Origin: an uncultured Gemmatimonadales bacterium
GTDB taxonomy: Bacteria > Gemmatimonadota > Gemmatimonadetes > Palauibacterales > Palauibacteraceae
Length of the DNA: 64,000 nucleotides
Direction: 5' to 3'
Assembly (NCBI GenBank): GCA_963783385.1
Contig: CAWANJ010000006.1
Span: 32,001 to 96,000 of the forward strand
Positions 49,535 through 60,167 of this stretch are shown piece after piece; positions within the stretch are counted from its first letter, which is position 1, and each line of letters opens with the position of its first letter. A model generated the notes under the pieces. That model had not been told where the DNA came from and made no database searches. It was given only the letters and a program-made list of their open reading frames with translations. A program made the position numbers and the translations under genes.

Positions 49535-50242
49535 CTACGGCCGCTGGTTCTCCCGCACCTCCCTCAGGTCGGAACGCAGGTGGTCCAGCACGGCCCGGGA
49601 GGACAGATCCGCCATCTCCTCCAGCATGCGCTCGAAGTCGCTCACCGACAGCGTGTACAGCGCTCCGGCCGTCACCACGTCGCCGGGGATGTCGTCCCCG
49701 TGCCGGAAGCCGGGCGTCAGGGGGTCCTTCGCCGTCACCTTCGTGTGCCAGATCTCGCGGCCCGTCGCCCGATCCAGGAGGGAGACGGTGCCCTCCATGT
49801 ACAGCCGCGCCTGCGTCTGGCGGCGAGCGTCGATGGCCAACTGACGGACATCGAGCTCGAGCAAGTAGTCCGAGCTGTCCGCTTCCTGCACCGGCGCGGC
49901 GCCCAGGTAGCGGCTGGAGCGCTCGAGCAGCCGGGAGGCCATGCGCTTCGACACGTCGACGTGGGAGGCGGCGCTGTCCAGCCGGGCCCGCGCCCGCCGG
50001 CCCTCGATCTCCTTGGCCGCCCGCGAGCCCGCGTCGATCACGGCCGAGACCGGATTGTCGGACTTGAGGTCCACGCCCCCCATCCACAGATCCGGCCCGT
50101 ACGGAGCGTAGCTCACGACCGCGAGGCTGTGACCCGTGAAGTCGTACTCGGAGAGGTGCTGCGTGCCGCCGCAGCCGGCGACCGCCGACGCCAGGAAGGC
50201 CAGCGCGAGGGGGGCGAGGGAACGCATCGAGCGCGGGATCAT
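49535..50242 (-). CDS. hypothetical lipoprotein
   Basis: Lipobox VAGC; GGAGG RBS; C-terminal LLDRATGREIW. Confidence 0.75.
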   Translation of the reverse strand: MIPRSMRSLAPLALAFLASAVAGCGGTQHLSEYDFTGHSLAVVSYAPYGPDLWMGGVDLKSDNPVSAVIDAGSRAAKEIEGRRARARLDSAASHVDVSKRMASRLLERSSRYLGAAPVQEADSSDYLLELDVRQLAIDARRQTQARLYMEGTVSLLDRATGREIWHTKVTAKDPLTPGFRHGDDIPGDVVTAGALYTLSVSDFERMLEEMADLSSRAVLDHLRSDLREVRENQRP

Positions 50243-50276
50243 CACGATTCCTCCTTCCGTCCCGGGCGGACGGGGG

Positions 50277-51188
50277 TCAGGCCGTCGCCGCACCCAGCGC
50301 GGCGACCACCGTATCGTGGACGGGCGTCGGGACGCCGGCGTCACGTCCGAAGCGGGAGACGGCCCCGCTCAGGATCGGCAGCTCCGTGGGCCCGCCGGCC
50401 TCGACGTCGAGCACGAAGCTCGGCACCATGTCACCCGGCAGTCCCTCGATGAGCTCCATGGCGCGCCTCTCCTCGTCCGGCGGGAGGGCCACGCCTCGCG
50501 CCCGGCCCACGACGGCGGCTTCTTCCACTGCGCGCTCGAGGAGCAGGAGACCGAGCTCGGCCTCCCGGACCGGACCCACCGCCGTGCGCGCCAGGCCGCA
50601 CGCACCGGAGATGGCGGTGAGGAAGACGAGCTTCCTCCACAGGTCGACCTCGATCTCGGCCGAGGCCCGGGCGTCGGCGCCGGCCTCCCGGAACGTAGCG
50701 GCGATGCGCTCGGCCCGCTCGGAGAGCCCGCCCCCGAGCTCTCCCACCACCACGCGCCGGAAGGGACTCCGGCGCTCGATGACACCCGGACCGACCTTCG
50801 CCGCGCTGATCGTGGTGACCCCGCCCAGCAGCCGCCCGGGCGGAACGCCGCCCTCGAGCAGGCGGTCGGCGGCCTCGACGCCGTTGAGGAGGGGGAGGAC
50901 GTCGGCGCCGGCCCGGGCCAGCTCCGCGGCGGCGGGCGTCACCGAGGCCAGCGAGTAGGACTTCACGGTCACGAGCACGAGGTCCACCCGGCCGAGCTCG
51001 GATGGGTCGCCGGTGGCCAGGGGATGCACGGTGAAGGCGCCGTCGGGCGTGCGGACCTCCAGGCCCCGCTCCCGGAGCGCCGCCAGGTGCCGGCCGCGGG
51101 CAAGGAGCCTCACGTCATGGCCCGTCCGGGCCAGCTCCCCACCGTAGTAGCCCCCCACCCCTCCGGGTCCCAGCACCGCGATCTTCAT
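50277..51188 (-). CDS. panE: 2-dehydropantoate 2-reductase
   Basis: GPGGVGG, VKSY, LLNG, LWRKL and S...D...G.PTE motifs. Confidence 0.92.
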   Translation of the reverse strand: MKIAVLGPGGVGGYYGGELARTGHDVRLLARGRHLAALRERGLEVRTPDGAFTVHPLATGDPSELGRVDLVLVTVKSYSLASVTPAAAELARAGADVLPLLNGVEAADRLLEGGVPPGRLLGGVTTISAAKVGPGVIERRSPFRRVVVGELGGGLSERAERIAATFREAGADARASAEIEVDLWRKLVFLTAISGACGLARTAVGPVREAELGLLLLERAVEEAAVVGRARGVALPPDEERRAMELIEGLPGDMVPSFVLDVEAGGPTELPILSGAVSRFGRDAGVPTPVHDTVVAALGAATA

Positions 51189-51379
51189 GTCGCCTCGCAC
51201 GCACGACCGGCCGGCGCATCCCGGGTCCGCCGCGCTCCAGCGGGGGGCCGCCGCCGACCTCATCGTCCGCAGGGACCGCGCCACGGGCACCCGGGGCCGG
51301 GCGGGTGCCGACCGGAGACGGAGGGCTTAACTTCTCGCCGCTCGCACCGGGCGCGGGCCCGGACCGTTCCCCCTGCCGG

Positions 51380-53864
51380 ATGCTGCCCATGAGATCCTCC
51401 GCGACGTCCACGATGACGGCCGCCCTGGTCGCCGCTCTCCTCCCCTGCGCCGTCCCATCCCACGCCCTGCGGGCCCAGGCCGCGGCGCAGCAGAAGGCCG
51501 GGACCGACACCGCGGCTCCGGCCGACACGTCCGACTTCCAGCTCACCGTGCAGGACATCATGCGCGGCCCCGAGCTGGTGGGGTCGCCCCCCTCGGCCGT
51601 CCGGTGGACCCCCGACGGCCAGTGGGTCTTCTTCCGCTGGAAGCCGGGCGGCGAGGCCTGGTACGAGGACCCGGCCCTGTACCGGGTGCCGGCGCGCGGC
51701 GGGGAGCCCCAGCGGCTCACCGACGCCCAGGCCGATTCGCTGGGCGTCCTGGTGGCGCGTGGGGACGACTCCCCGGACGGCAAGCGGCGCGTGGTCGCCT
51801 GGCAGGGCGATCTGTGGCTGGTGCGGCGCGCCGGCCTCCACGTGACGCGCCTCACCGACACGCGCGACGTGGAGTCGGAGCCCGTGTTCGGGCGCGACGG
51901 CCACACCGTCTACTTCGTCCGCGACGGGAACGCCTACGCCCTCGACCTCTCCGACGGCGCCCTCCGCCAGCTCACCGACATCCGCCACGGCGAGAAGCCG
52001 CCGGAGGAGGAGAAGCCGGTCTCGGAGCAGCGCGCCTGGCTGGAGAAGCAGCAGGAGAAGCTGTTCGACGTGATCCGGGTGCGAAAGAAGCAGGAGGCGA
52101 AGGACAAGGCCGAGAGGAAGGCGCGGGAAGCGAAGGAGCCGACCCCCGTCTACATCGGCAAGGAGGAGCGGGTCGCTCGCATCGAGGTCGAGCCCGGCGG
52201 ACGCTGGGCCGCCGTGCTGCTCGTGAAGGGGCCGGAGAAGGAGCGACACACGACCGTGGCCCGCTTCGTCACCGAGTCCGGCTACGTGGAGACGATCCAG
52301 GGTCGGGAGAAGGTGGGGGACTTCCAGCCCCACAGCCGCCTCGGGATCGCGGACCTCTCCACCGGCAAGGTGACGTGGCTCGATCTCACGCCCCCGGCCG
52401 GCGCCACCCGGTACGACAGCGCGGCCACGGTCGGCGAGCCGGCCCTGGCGGACATCGGGTTCGAGGGCTGGAACGCCGACGGCACGCGCGGGCTCATCGG
52501 CACGGTCACCTTCGCCTACAAGGACGAGTACCTGTACGCGGTGGACGGGGCCACCGGGAAGCTCTCCCTCCTCACCCACGACCACGACGACGCGTGGATC
52601 GGCGGACCTTGCCCCACGTGGAGCTCGCGGGGGTGCGCCGGCTGGCTCCCGGACGGGCACAGCGCCTGGTTCCTGTCGGAGCGGTCCGGGTACTCCCACC
52701 TGTACCGGATGCCGGCCGAGGAGGGGGCGAAGCCCACGCAGCTCACGAGCGGGAAGTGGGAGGTGAAGTCGGCCTCGATCTCGGCCGACAAGAAGCGCTT
52801 CGACCTCACGACCAGCGAGGGCTCGCCGTACGAGCAGCAGTTCTGGAAGGCGGACCTGGACGGATCGAACCGGATCCGGATCTCGAAGCGCCCGGGAGTT
52901 GCACGACGTCACGCCCTCGCCCGATGGCAAGCGGATCGCCGGCGTGTACTCCTACGCCAACCGTCCGCCGGAGCTGTTCCTCCGCGACGCGAGTCCGGGC
53001 GCGAAGCCGGTGCAGGTCACCCACTCGCCCACGCGGGCGTGGCGCGAATACCCGTGGATGGTGCCCCCCATCGTCACCTTCACGGCCCGGGACGGCACCC
53101 AGGTGCCGGCGCGCATCTACCGGCCGGCCGACGTGGGGGCGAAGCCCAACGGCGCGGCCGTGATCTTCGTGCACGGGGCCGGCTACCTGCACAACGTCAC
53201 GATGGGGTGGTCGGACTACTACTACCGCGAGTACATGTTCAACCAGCTCCTGGCCTCGAAGGGCTACGTGGTGCTGGCCATCGACTACCGCGGCTCGGCC
53301 GGCTACGGGCGTGACTGGCGCACGGCCATCTACCGGCACATGGGCGGCAAGGACCTGGACGACCAGGTGGACGGGGTCAAGTACCTGATGGCCCACGAGG
53401 GGATCGACAGCCCGGAGCGGGTGGGAATCTACGGCGGCTCGTACGGCGGCTTCATGACGCTCATGGCGCTGTTCACGGCGCCGAAGTGGTTCGGAGCCGG
53501 GGCGGCGCTGCGCTCGGTGACCGACTGGGCGCACTACAACCACTGGTACACGAGCCGGATCCTGAACCTGCCGACGACCGACAGCGTGGCCTACCGGCAG
53601 TCCTCGCCCATCTACTTCGCCTCGGGGCTCGAGGACCCCCTCCTCATGTGCCACGGCATCCGGGACACCAACGTCGAGTTCGAGGACATCGCCCGGCTCA
53701 CGCAGAAGCTCATCGAGCTGGGCAAGACGGGGTGGACGCTGGCGCCCTACCCGGTCGAGAACCACGGCTTCATCCACCCGACCTCGTGGACGGACGAGTA
53801 CCGGCGCATCCTCGCCCTGTTCACGCGCACGATCGGGCCGCAGGGGTCCAAGGCGGGGCTGTGA
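51380..53864 (+). CDS. S9 family (DPP-IV-like) peptidase, frameshift ~52895
   Basis: Signal peptide and propeller N-terminus; catalytic GGSYGG, DTNV and ENHGF in the second frame. Confidence 0.92.
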
Positions 53865-53874
53865 GCGGCGCGGC

Positions 53875-55149
53875 ATGAGGCGCCGCGTGCCCGGTCTCCG
53901 CGGCGTGGGCGTATGGGGTCCGCTGTTGGTCTGCGCCGCGGCGGCCGGCTGCGGCGGGAGCGGCGGTGCCCCCTCCTTCGTGACCAGGGACAGCGCCGGC
54001 GTGCGGATCGCCGAGAGCCGGGCACCGGCCTGGGGGAAGGGACAGGGGTGGACCGTCGCCGACACGCCGGAGCTCTCCATCGGGGTGGTCCAGGGCGACT
54101 CGGCCTACCAGCTCTACCAGGTGCGGGGCACGACGCGCCTCTCGGACGGGACGATCGTGGTCGCCAACGGCGGCACGCAGCAGCTCCGCTTCTACGACGC
54201 CTCCGGGAAGTTCGTCCGCGCGGTGGGCGGCCGGGGCGGCGCCCCCGGCGAGTTCCAGGCCCTTCTCGAAATCGTCCGCATCCCGGGGGACTCGATCGTC
54301 GCGTTCGACTGGCGCCTGCGGCGGCTGAGCCTGTTCGGGCCCCACGGCGGCCTGGCGCGGACCGTGAGCCTGGCGGGGGACGCGGGGCAGGCCCCCCTCA
54401 TGCTGGCCGGCGCCCTGGATGGAGGCCGCTTCCTGGCCATGCGCGAGTCCCTCCTCGGACCCGGGCGGGTGCCGGAGGGCTACGCCCGGGACACGCTGCG
54501 ACTCGTCGAGCTCGACGACTCGGCGGGTCAGGTGGCTGACCTGGGGCCGTTCCCCGGTGGCGAGCGCTTCGTCGACGTGACACGCCGGAACGGACGGATC
54601 ACGTCCATGCAGGTCATGGTCCTCCCCTTCAGCCGGAATGCCTACGTGGCCGTGGGCGACGGCCGGGTGTGGGCAGGCTCCAGCGACCGCTACGAGGTCA
54701 GGGCGTTCGGCCCCGACGGGACGCTCCGCGAGATCGTGCGCCGCACCGACGTGACCCCGGCGACCGTGACCGACGCCATGAAGACCCGGGCCGTGGAGGC
54801 GCGCGTGGCGGCCCGGAAGCGGGACAACCCGAACCTGTCCGCCTCCGATCTCGCCGCGGCCCGGAAGGCGCTGACGGCCCTGCCGGCGCCCCGCACCGCG
54901 CCCACGTTCTCGACCCTCCGGGTCGGCCCGGACGGGGACCTGTGGGTGAGCGACTTCAGGCCTCCGTGGGCGGAGGCCGACCCGTCGACGTGGAGCGTGT
55001 TCGACCCGGAGGGACGCTGGCTCGGGACCGTGTCGGTGCCGGCCGGGCTGGACGTGTACGAGGTCGGCCGTGACTACCTGCTCGGCCGGCGGAAGGACGA
55101 CCTGGGGGTCGAGCACGTCGAGCTGTACCGCCTCTCCCGGAAGGGGTGA
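53875..55149 (+). CDS. 6-bladed beta-propeller lipoprotein
   Basis: Lipobox AAGC; RDSAGVRI, GGRGGAPGEF, VFDPEGRWLG and DDLGVEHV motifs. Confidence 0.85.
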   Translation: MRRRVPGLRGVGVWGPLLVCAAAAGCGGSGGAPSFVTRDSAGVRIAESRAPAWGKGQGWTVADTPELSIGVVQGDSAYQLYQVRGTTRLSDGTIVVANGGTQQLRFYDASGKFVRAVGGRGGAPGEFQALLEIVRIPGDSIVAFDWRLRRLSLFGPHGGLARTVSLAGDAGQAPLMLAGALDGGRFLAMRESLLGPGRVPEGYARDTLRLVELDDSAGQVADLGPFPGGERFVDVTRRNGRITSMQVMVLPFSRNAYVAVGDGRVWAGSSDRYEVRAFGPDGTLREIVRRTDVTPATVTDAMKTRAVEARVAARKRDNPNLSASDLAAARKALTALPAPRTAPTFSTLRVGPDGDLWVSDFRPPWAEADPSTWSVFDPEGRWLGTVSVPAGLDVYEVGRDYLLGRRKDDLGVEHVELYRLSRKG

Positions 55150-55547
55150 CGTCCATGCCCCGCCTGCTGTTCCTCCTCGCCATCGCCGCCGCCGGCGTCC
55201 GACTCTCCATCCAGGCGGCGGCCAACGCCCGCATGGGCGGTCTGCTGGCGGCCGTGACCTTCTCGGGCCTGTTCGGGCGCGCGGAGGTGGCCAAGGCCGC
55301 GAGCGCCCCCTGGTGGGCGTGGATCGGCGGGCTGCTGGGCGCCACCCACATCACCCTCACGGTGATCGCCGTGCCCCGGGTCGGCGCGGCGCTCACCTTC
55401 GCCGCCGTGATCGCCGGTCAGCTCATCGGCTCGGTGCTCCTGGACAGCACCGGGTGGCTCGGCGTACCGAAAATGCCAGTGAGCGCGACCCGAATCCTCG
55501 GCGTCCTCCTGCTGTTCGCCGGGGTGCTGCTCGTCCAGCGGGGCTGA
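55146..55547 (+). CDS. DMT/YdcZ family transporter, apparently missing part of TM2
   Basis: Q...N, PWWAWIGGLLGA, PRVG and GQLIGSVLLD motifs. Confidence 0.8.
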   Translation: MTSMPRLLFLLAIAAAGVRLSIQAAANARMGGLLAAVTFSGLFGRAEVAKAASAPWWAWIGGLLGATHITLTVIAVPRVGAALTFAAVIAGQLIGSVLLDSTGWLGVPKMPVSATRILGVLLLFAGVLLVQRG

Positions 55548-55634
55548 CCGCCGGCCCCCGCCTGCTTGTCGTCGCGCCACGCCGGTGGCCGCCACCGGCC
55601 CGAGCGCCGGGTCGCCCCGGCGCCACGCCGACTC

Positions 55635-56852
55635 TCAGAAGAAGGCCGTCAGCGACACATAGAGGTAGGTGGGCACGGCGCCGTACTCGGAGCGCGGCGT
55701 CCCGACCGGCTCCACCCCGCCCCGGCCGGCCGACAGGTAGAGCCCGAGGCGAGCCGAGAGATCGTCCGACAGGGACCCGGTGAGGGCCGGCGCCAGGAGC
55801 GTGCTGGCGTCGTCCAGGTTGATGATCACGAGGAGCTCGGCCCCCACCAGGGGATGGAGCTGCCAGGTGGCTTCGGCCAGCGCCTCGTCCCGTCCCAGGG
55901 CCTGAAGCTCCCCGCGCCGGTACGCCTCCGAGCCGAGGACGCCGGGGTAGCCGGAGGGAGCCGTGGCCCCGAAGCCGTCGTGCTGGACCTCGCCCACCAG
56001 GTGGAGGTCCCGGCCCAGGAGCGCGAAGCGGCGGTCGGCCCCGGCCGCCACCCGCACCACCGTCCCGCCTCCGACCTTCCTGCGCAGCGTCGCGTCGACC
56101 CGCACGGCCCAGCCGCCCAGGCCGCGGTCGGCGCCGACCGCGACCGCGGGCTCGTCGTGGAGGGCACCGGCCCACGCCGACACGTCCCAGGACGACAGCC
56201 GGGTGCCGCCCCGGAGGAGGGCGGTGACGCGGTGACCGGGGGAGGAGTCCTCCGGCCGGACCACCAGGTCCAGGATCGTGAACGGCCCCGCGAAGTACTG
56301 GAGGCGAACCGCGTCCACGCCGGCGCGGTACTCCCGGAACGGGTCACTGGGATCGAAGGGGGCGAACGGATCGGTGGGAGTGAAGAGTAGCGTCGTGGCC
56401 CAGGAGATGGCCTGGCGGCCCACCGTGAGCTCCGCGGCCGAGCCCAGCGGCACGGCCACCGACAGGCGGTCCAGGCGGTGACGCCACACCGCATGCGCGC
56501 CCGCGGCCAGGGTCCAGTCCAGCTTCATCAGGTCCTGGGGCGCCTGGGCCACGCCGCCGGGCAGCAGCGCCGGAGAGGCGTCCGTGCGCTGGCTCCAGCG
56601 GAGCGTGTGCTCGTACGCCACATCGAGGGTCGCGGGCCCCAGCCGCGGGTCCAGCATGAGCCGCAGCCTGTGGAGATCGAGCGCCCCGGCGGGCCCGTAG
56701 GGGCTCGAGCCCTCGTATGAGAGGACGTTCAGGTAGTAGCCGCGCGGCTCGAGTCCCTGGGCCCGGGCGGCGCGTGGCGCTCCGGCGGCGAGGACCAGGC
56801 CGAGCGCCGGGACGAAGCCGGCCCCGAGCACCACGCCGAGCGCCGGCCTCAC
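55635..56852 (-). CDS. outer-membrane beta-barrel protein associated with ABC module
   Basis: Signal peptide; RLDRL, VGRQAISW, TDPFAPF and GVDA motifs; terminal FF. Confidence 0.8.
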   Translation of the reverse strand: MRPALGVVLGAGFVPALGLVLAAGAPRAARAQGLEPRGYYLNVLSYEGSSPYGPAGALDLHRLRLMLDPRLGPATLDVAYEHTLRWSQRTDASPALLPGGVAQAPQDLMKLDWTLAAGAHAVWRHRLDRLSVAVPLGSAAELTVGRQAISWATTLLFTPTDPFAPFDPSDPFREYRAGVDAVRLQYFAGPFTILDLVVRPEDSSPGHRVTALLRGGTRLSSWDVSAWAGALHDEPAVAVGADRGLGGWAVRVDATLRRKVGGGTVVRVAAGADRRFALLGRDLHLVGEVQHDGFGATAPSGYPGVLGSEAYRRGELQALGRDEALAEATWQLHPLVGAELLVIINLDDASTLLAPALTGSLSDDLSARLGLYLSAGRGGVEPVGTPRSEYGAVPTYLYVSLTAFF

Positions 56853-57619
56853 GCCGTGGAGCCCCGCCCCGACGGGCGCACGTCGCTCTCGATCCGTCCG
56901 TCCACCAGGTGGACGAGCCGATGCGCTCGCTCCATGACCCGCGGATCGTGCGTCGAGAAGATGAAGGTGACGCCGCGCTCGTGGTTCAGGCGCTCCATCA
57001 CGCCGAGCAGCGCGTCCCCGGTGGCGGAGTCCAGGTTGGCGGTGGGCTCATCCGCGAGGACGAGGGCGGGCTCGCCGACCACGGCGCGCGCCACGGCCAC
57101 GCGCTGCTGCTGGCCGCCAGACAGCCGCCCCGGCCGCCGATCCTCGAGTCCGTCGAGGCCGATCTCCCGGAACAGGGCCCGCACCCGCTCGCGCCGCTCC
57201 GCGGCCGGAAGGCCCCGCAGCAGCAGCGTGAACTCGGCGTTCTCGAGCGCCGAGAGGACGGGAAGGAGGTTGTAGGCCTGGAACACGAACCCGATGTGCT
57301 CCAGGCGCAGCCTCGCCAGCTCCCGGCCGCTCAGCGATGTGAGGTCGCGTCCGGCCACCCACACCCGCCCCCGGGTCGGAGCGGTGAGGCCGCCGAGCAG
57401 GTTGAGGAGTGTGGTCTTGCCGGAGCCCGACGGGCCGGCCATGGCCACGAAGTCGCCGGCCCGGACCTCCAGGCTCAGGTCGCGCACCGCTTCCACGGGT
57501 GCCGGCTCCTGCTCGTAGATCTTCCACAGATCCTCGGTCCGGACGGCCGCGACGGGCGGCTCCGGACCGGTCCGATCGTTATCGGTCGGGTCGGTCTCGT
57601 GCGTGTCGGATCCTCGCAT
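56849..57619 (-). CDS. ABC transporter ATP-binding protein (LolD/MacB-type)
   Basis: GPSGSGKT, LSGGQQQRVA, LADEPTANLD and TH motifs. Confidence 0.96.
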   Translation of the reverse strand: MRGSDTHETDPTDNDRTGPEPPVAAVRTEDLWKIYEQEPAPVEAVRDLSLEVRAGDFVAMAGPSGSGKTTLLNLLGGLTAPTRGRVWVAGRDLTSLSGRELARLRLEHIGFVFQAYNLLPVLSALENAEFTLLLRGLPAAERRERVRALFREIGLDGLEDRRPGRLSGGQQQRVAVARAVVGEPALVLADEPTANLDSATGDALLGVMERLNHERGVTFIFSTHDPRVMERAHRLVHLVDGRIESDVRPSGRGSTA

Positions 57620-57629
57620 GTCCACTCCC

Positions 57630-58904
57630 TCAACGGTCGAACTTGAGCGCCTCGGCGACGTCGATCCGGGTGGCCACCCGGGTCGGATACAGCGACGCCA
57701 GGATGCCGATGACCACGACGAAGCCGGCCGCCTCCACCACGCGGGTCGGCCGGAAGATGGGGACGATCACCGGGTCGATGACCGCGCCCGACAGGCTGAT
57801 CCCCTGGCCGTACAGGGCCGACAGGTCGAGTCCGTGGCGCCACAGGAGCCAGGTGGTGGCCAGCCCGAGGGCCACTCCCAGCACGCCGCTCAGGCCGGCC
57901 AGCAGGACGCCCTCGCCGAACACCACCGCCCCCGTTTCCCCGCGCGTGAGGCCCAGGGCCTCGAGGACGCCGAACTCCCGCCTTCGGTTGAGGACGGACA
58001 TGAGGACGGCGTTGAGCACCGCGAGGGCCACGATCGCGAAGAGCACGACCATGAAGGCGTAGAAGCCGAAGTCGTCGATGCGAACGGCGGACTCGAGCTC
58101 GGGGGAGACCTGCCGCCAGGACAGCACCGCGACTCCGGCGCCGCCTCCGCCCTCCCCGAGCCGGGCGCGGAGGACCTCGAGCGCGCGCCCGGTCTCCTGG
58201 CTGGAGCGCAGGAGGACGGCCACCGAGGTGGCGGCGCCGGGGGTGCCGAGCCAGCGGCGCGCCGTGGCGATCGGGATCTGCACGACCCCGTCGTCGATGT
58301 CGGGGATCCCGGTCCTGAACAGGCCCCGCACGCGGACCAGCTGCTCGGCCACACCGCCCGAAGCGCCCTGGGCCGTGAGCACGAGGCGCGAGCCGAGCTC
58401 GAGGCCGAGGCGGTCGGCGAGCCCGGCTCCCACGTAGGCGGCGAGCCGATCGGAGGGCTCCAGGTAGCGCCCCTCGACCCGCCGGTCGTCCAGCTTGGAG
58501 AAGGCGGCTTCGGCGCCGGGGTCGACGCCCTCCACCTGGACGGGCAGGGAGGAGCCGGGCGAGCTGGCCAGGCCGCTCACCGTGAGATCGACGACCGACG
58601 CGACCATCGGAACGCTGGCCCGGAGCCCCGCCACGGCCCGCTCGGCGGCGGCGACCCGCGCGGAGTCCAGCCGGTCGTCCAGGCTCCCGGTGGAGGCGAA
58701 GCCGGGCGCCTCCACGGTCACGTGGCCGAGTCCGAGCCGCACGCCGTCGCTTATCCACTGCTCGTGTGCGCCGTCGCCGATGGCCCGCGCCATCGTCAGG
58801 AGGGCGAGGCCGACCACCATCGCCGAGGCCGTGAGGGCGCTGCGCCGCGCCTGCCGGAGGGTGTTGCGCAGCGACAGCCGCGCCAGGATGCGGAGGCGGG
58901 CCAT
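57630..58904 (-). CDS. ABC permease (LolC/E-FtsX type)
   Basis: RNTLRQARRS and N.VLMSVLNRRREFGVL..LG motifs. Confidence 0.92.
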   Translation of the reverse strand: MARLRILARLSLRNTLRQARRSALTASAMVVGLALLTMARAIGDGAHEQWISDGVRLGLGHVTVEAPGFASTGSLDDRLDSARVAAAERAVAGLRASVPMVASVVDLTVSGLASSPGSSLPVQVEGVDPGAEAAFSKLDDRRVEGRYLEPSDRLAAYVGAGLADRLGLELGSRLVLTAQGASGGVAEQLVRVRGLFRTGIPDIDDGVVQIPIATARRWLGTPGAATSVAVLLRSSQETGRALEVLRARLGEGGGGAGVAVLSWRQVSPELESAVRIDDFGFYAFMVVLFAIVALAVLNAVLMSVLNRRREFGVLEALGLTRGETGAVVFGEGVLLAGLSGVLGVALGLATTWLLWRHGLDLSALYGQGISLSGAVIDPVIVPIFRPTRVVEAAGFVVVIGILASLYPTRVATRIDVAEALKFDR

Positions 58905-60163
58905 CACCGGTCGGACAGCGCGTCGGCGGGCGGCACGCGCGTGGCGCGCCACGCCGGGTAGGCCGCGGCCAGGACGGCCGTGACCAGGAGGGCGGCGGCG
59001 GCGAGGAGCGGCGCCTCCAGCGAGTACTGCACGCGGAGCACGGGCCGCACCAGCGCCCCCGCCATGGTGAAGCCGCCGTACAGGAAGCTCATGTCGGGCG
59101 GTGACCGGTGCCACCACACGAGGATGGGAGCCGTGAGGAGGGCGCCGGCCACCAGCGCGAAGGCGCCCAGCATGAGCCCCTCGTACACGACGGTCCGGGC
59201 CACGCCGCTCCGCGTGGTGCCCAGGGCCCGGACGACCGCGAACTCCCGCCGCCGCTCGAATGTGGCCATCAGCATCGTGTTGGCCACCCCGAACACGGCC
59301 ATGGCGAACACGATGGCGATCAGGATCCAGTTGCTGGCCCGCGCCAGGCGCGCGTAGTCGGCGATCTCGGGCCGGAATCGCGGCCAGGCCCGCACGTCCG
59401 CCGCGGCGCCCGCGGCGGCGAGGACCGCCCGGGCCGAGTCGGCCACGGCCGTCGCCGCCCACGGGTCGGCCAGGGCGAGCGCGATCTCGTGCACGCGGCC
59501 CGGAGCGAGCGCCAGCAGGCTCTGGAGCGTCCCGATCGGGAGGAGCGCGTAGGCGGCGTCCAGCTCCCGGACGCCGGTCCGGTACACGCCGGACACGGTG
59601 AACAGGTCGTTGCCCAGCGAGCCGTCCGCCGCCGGGGCGACGAGCACGACCTCGGAGCCGGGGCCCACCCCGAGCTTGCGCGCCATCTCGGCGCCGATCA
59701 GCACCTGGCGGGTGCCCGCCGCCGGGGCCCGGCCACGCTGGATGGACGCCATCAGCCGGCTGACCCCGGGCTCGAGGGCCGGGTCCTCCCCCATGAGCAC
59801 GGCGCCCGACGTCTGGCTCCCGGCGCTCACCAGGCCGCCGCCGAGCACGCGCGGCGCGGCGCCCGTGACGCCGGGCAGCGCGCGCAGCCGCTCGAGCACC
59901 GGGGACAGCGCCATCCCGCTGTCCCCGCCCAGCGTCGCGTACAGGCTCCGCTCCGGGAGGTAGCCGGGAGCGTGCACCTGCACCTGGCCCTGGAGCAGCG
60001 AGGTGCCGTTGTCGATCATCTCGGCGACGATCCCGTCCGAGACGCCGACGATGACGACGGCCGCCAGGTAGCCGAAGGCGAGGGCGGCGCCGGTGATGAG
60101 GGTCCGCTTCCGGTTCCGCCCCAGGTTGCGCCAGGCGAGCCTCCACCACACGCGGCCGCTCAC
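58904..60163 (-). CDS. ABC permease (LolC/E-FtsX type)
   Basis: AWRNLGRNRKRT, NTMLMATFERRREF and YPAWRA motifs. Confidence 0.92.
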   Translation of the reverse strand: MSGRVWWRLAWRNLGRNRKRTLITGAALAFGYLAAVVIVGVSDGIVAEMIDNGTSLLQGQVQVHAPGYLPERSLYATLGGDSGMALSPVLERLRALPGVTGAAPRVLGGGLVSAGSQTSGAVLMGEDPALEPGVSRLMASIQRGRAPAAGTRQVLIGAEMARKLGVGPGSEVVLVAPAADGSLGNDLFTVSGVYRTGVRELDAAYALLPIGTLQSLLALAPGRVHEIALALADPWAATAVADSARAVLAAAGAAADVRAWPRFRPEIADYARLARASNWILIAIVFAMAVFGVANTMLMATFERRREFAVVRALGTTRSGVARTVVYEGLMLGAFALVAGALLTAPILVWWHRSPPDMSFLYGGFTMAGALVRPVLRVQYSLEAPLLAAAALLVTAVLAAAYPAWRATRVPPADALSDR

Positions 60164-60167
60164 GAGA

